DNA from: Aplysia californica | Lineage: Eukaryota | DNA length: 64,000 nucleotides | Reading direction: 5' to 3' | NCBI RefSeq assembly: GCF_000002075.1 | Contig: NW_004797526.1 | Location: forward strand, 581,889-645,888 | Shown: piece by piece, positions 60,387 to 64,000 of the stretch | How the letters are laid out: every line of letters begins with the position of its first letter | Numbering within the stretch: position 1 is the stretch's first letter | Notes under the pieces: model-generated | What the model saw: only the letters and a program-made list of their open reading frames with translations | Database searches by the model: none | What the model was told of the DNA's origin: nothing | Program-made: the position numbers and the translations under genes

Positions 60387-60713
60387 CCCTTTGAGCCGGT
60401 CGTTCTCAGGCTACCGTACCCTCTGCCTGAGATCTTGAGCGATATATTATTACTAAAATTAAAATTCATGTGATCGTCAGAATCCCATCCCATATCCCAC
60501 TCATGGTAGTCCTCATCATTACTAGCATCTAATTCAGAAAGATCTTCAAAATAATCAGTAGTAATGTCTTGTGTAGTAAAGACAGTGTCCCAAGCGAATT
60601 TTGTCACAGACGGGTCGGTTTGGGGATAGGGTAGCGTTCACCACTCTACCCCAGGCTAGGCATATGGACAATTTTACATGCCTCCGGTGTACTGGAGGCT
60701 AGGGCTCAAAGGG
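60387..60713. mobile_element. piggyBac-type MITE / internal deletion derivative
   Basis: TTAA|CCCTTTGAGCC...GGCTCAAAGGG|TTAA. Confidence 0.82.
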
Positions 60714-61719
60714 TTAAAAATGCTGGACTGCTGTATATCTACTGCCTTTATCTGATGTGATGTGGGGATCCTAATGATTCATCCATGCAAATGCCAAAAG
60801 ATAAGTGAGACCAAATCTAGTGAGAACTGAAAGTATTTGAAATGTGCTCATTCAAATTCAAATAATAACAATAAACTATTATGGACAGCATTTGAGCACT
60901 GAGTTTTTCACTCGTAAGTTTTGATAGCGTTAATTATTTTGAAACATTGTAACTTCTTGACACAAAATAAACGTATTGGCAACAAGCTGAATGGTTCAGA
61001 AAAATAAGTACTTGAAAGAGGATATGTGGAACAAACAGAATTTTTCTAGTTATACTAAACAGAGAAACAAACACAAAAAACCCACTTGATAAAGAGCCAC
61101 ATAAGGACTCTGTCACAAAAGACTTGCTCACAAATCTAAAAAATCACATTTTTACATTACACTTTAAATTAAAGATTGAATAAAACAAAGTACACACAGC
61201 GAAAAAATTGTTATAAAAATTGAAGCCCCGAGAAATGAACTCCGTGAATGTCTTGAGTTTATTGAGCAGGAAACACAGAAGATATTTGATTTATAAATTT
61301 TCTGTAAATTAAAACCCAAGTCCTGAAGTCAGGGTAAATATCACACAAAAGAACAAAATGACTAGAATAATTAATGCCATTTGCCAGCCTACATTTTCAC
61401 CTTGTCTGTCAATCCATCATTCAAATTGATTCGGTTACACATACAAGACATGTTATATTAAAAAGCTCACAATATACATCAGAAAGAAGTACTGCGATAC
61501 CATAAGTCACACACAACATATTAAACTCAAGTTCAAGACCTATAAATAGTCTAAACTGCTTGTTACTAATAGACTGTAAACTGTACAGAAGATTTACAAA
61601 AAGAAGTGAGAATCCCTGGCCAGACAATTGCACACTATGTTGGACCGAGAATCTCCTGGCGAGCACTGCAACATTCCTTACTGCTACCCTACTCTTCACA
61701 TTAAATGCTGAAAAATGAT

Positions 61720-61940
61720 GAAATGGTATGGGTTTAACGCCCCTATCAACACTATTAGGTTATTTAAGAGGTGGAACCTCCGAGTTTAACGTCTGTCTCC
61801 GAAAGAACTGAGCCAAGTCGGAAATTCGTGTACAAGCCCTTTCCTAAGGTCACAACGTTGGACCCAGCTGAGGCTTGAACCCCCAAACCCGCAATGTCAT
61901 GATTACGAGTCTGGTAGCATAACCACTAGGCTGTTGACAC
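61720..61940 (-). mobile_element. tRNA-derived SINE
   Basis: Minus strand has an A-box-like GCCTAGTGGTTA, a B-box-like GTTCAAGCC, a CORE-like GTGACCTTAGGAAAGG and the tail GTTGATAGGGGCGTTAAAC. Confidence 0.7.
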
Positions 61941-63443
61941 TACCATTAAATCAGCTGTCTAAGTACCAGAAACAACTGTGGAACTGAAAACCACAGATCA
62001 AGATCAAGAGCATGATTACTGGGCTAGACAAAAGGGTATATAATAAATAAATGAGGTAAATTATTTTATGATTGTTTTCCCACACATAAGGACTTGTTTA
62101 TGCTGGAACGCAGTTTACCTAGAGATTACTTTTGCAGTAATGACAGAGACTGCTTTGCTGCTTGCAAGTTGCCGCTAGTCTAAAAAGTGAAATAAGTATT
62201 GACAATAAAAGATCATTGCCGTTTTAGTACCTTAGAATGAACATACTGTTGATAGGCTCCGGTGTTCCAATTTCGTTATATCTAGTTTCTGTCTATTCAA
62301 GATTCCAATTGATATACTTTGCATTTGAACAAGCGATTAGGCAGAAAGTAAAAATGGTGCTTCAGAAATAACGTTATTTGTCGCATACGAGCCATTCATC
62401 GAATTTGTCATTGTAGTTCCAATTTTTTCATATCATGTTTGCAGCAATTTCATTGCATGCCTGTGACTTGGTGTGGAAATCCAGCACGAGGCAGCTTTTG
62501 ATGTTCACTCTTTATAGGTTCATTAAGGAATAAGGTGTCTATCTTGAGTTTATTTTCACACGTTTAATTTCTTTTTTTAAAAACTCAAATTATTTAGCTG
62601 ATTATGATAACAACAGGCCTACTAGATGAAATCGGTACAACACTTTCCCCTCTTCAAGAAGGCAGAAAACATGAAAGGGTCATTTGGTGGGACAGAAAGT
62701 TTGGTTTGTTTTAAATTTGAGTTGGAAAAGGATCACAGGGGGAGTGTGCTGCAACAAAATCGGACCACTGATGAAATTGAAAAGGTGAGGAAATGGGCAC
62801 ACCCTACCCTCTAGTTAACTTTTCCCTTTTGTTTATTTTCCTAAGACAAACATATTTAGTGCTGACAAGGTATCAATAGCCCACACAGAAAAAAAAATGA
62901 GCAAGTTGGAGCAATAAAAGGTGAAAGGTGACTACTCTACCATGAACTTAAATACACTGACTAGTTTTAGATATAAAAATTACCTTTTTTAGCTAAATAT
63001 AATGCATCATATATACATATACAGAACAATAGAAAAGCACAATATTTTTCTAATAAAAACAATATACTTTATATCGATCATATAGCAATAATACAAAACA
63101 ATAAAAATCAAGGGTAGTTCATAAGAAAAAACCCACATTCACTGCGAAAGGGAGGGGAACAAACAACAAAGATTTTGTTCAGGCACATTATCACAGTTGG
63201 ATAAAAATTTCCTCACGACATCTGATATCAACAACTATAATACTGTCAAAACAACATGAACTAATATTTAAAGCTATGATAAAATACCTACACCTTCCCC
63301 ACAGAAGTCGGTAAAGAAGGCAAAGATGTAAAAATGTACATGCTGAAGAAACATGATGCTAAAAAGTAACCTGCTTTGTGTGAAAATCCAGCATAGTAAA
63401 GATGGAGGAGCAATTAGTGAAAAACTGTGTTTATGAGTATGTT

Positions 63444-63474
<31 letters not shown>

Positions 63475-64000
63475 GTGTATTTGTGAGTACTGACATTCAG
63501 TTTAAGAAACTCCATATTTCCTATACTTCCTCCTCCAATCCATCCAAAGTTTGATCTTAAATGCTTCCTGTGTATTTATCATACTTTGTATAGAAAAGGG
63601 TACAAAACCTGACACTATGTTAAAAAATGAAGAAATTTAGAAAAAAAGATATTACACACACAAGACCAATAGTGAGAACCGTCTTCAGTTTTCAGTTTCA
63701 TGTTCTTTCAGTCATGTACAGAAAAAGAAGGGGAAAAAAATGATTCAATGATTAAGACATACTATGAATGTGCAACTTTAAAAGCTTTGTAATGCAGGTC
63801 ATGCCAGCTGCTGGAGGAAAATATTGATCACAGCTTTTCTTTCCTTACAGAGTGGGGTAAAGGAGTCTATTATTGGCAAAGTATTGACCTGGTCAACAGA
63901 TGTTGAGGGTCTGTGCACAGCCTGTCAATATACACCTACTTAAACATTAGAAAATGTTCAGTCTGAAAAATATTGGAGCTGGTAAAAGTAACAAAAGATC

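Noticed and set aside
56100-64000. Third gene (convergent 3'UTR on the minus strand, or an exon after the acceptor-like site at 63850)
   Set aside because: Strand skew hints at a UTR or intron of a neighbouring gene, but no coding exon could be identified.

Overview
Eukaryotic animal draft-assembly window with 5 N-gaps. It looks like an invertebrate, possibly a mollusc, but that is a composition-based guess. It holds two complete spliced genes arranged head-to-head. A 15-coding-exon USP3-like deubiquitinase lies on the minus strand (34463->11684, 556 aa as reconstructed by hand). A 13-coding-exon KIF24-like kinesin-13 with an N-terminal SAM domain lies on the plus strand (38588->50851, ~1512 aa). 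USP3 intron 4 carries an apparently intact 4.84-kb TTAA-flanked piggyBac element. Its 606-aa transposase is split by an 802-bp GT-AG intron, and its 3' arm carries a ~369-bp tandem array. The rest of the window is rich in non-autonomous elements: TA-flanked Tc1/mariner-pogo-type MITEs (one containing a 65-bp minisatellite), TTAA piggyBac-type MITEs, a Harbinger-type MITE, three TSD-flanked retroposon 3' ends and tRNA-derived SINEs. Unusual structure includes an interleaved A-B-A'-B' double palindrome in USP3 intron 1 and clusters of the palindromes TAGATCTA/TAGGCCTA just downstream of each transcription unit's 5' end. There is also one-sided CpG decay between an intronic and an intergenic MITE copy, and a compact X-box/E2F-CHR/YY1/Fox-like motif cluster upstream of KIF24. 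All exon structures were derived by eye from splice signals and reading-frame continuity, with no transcript data.
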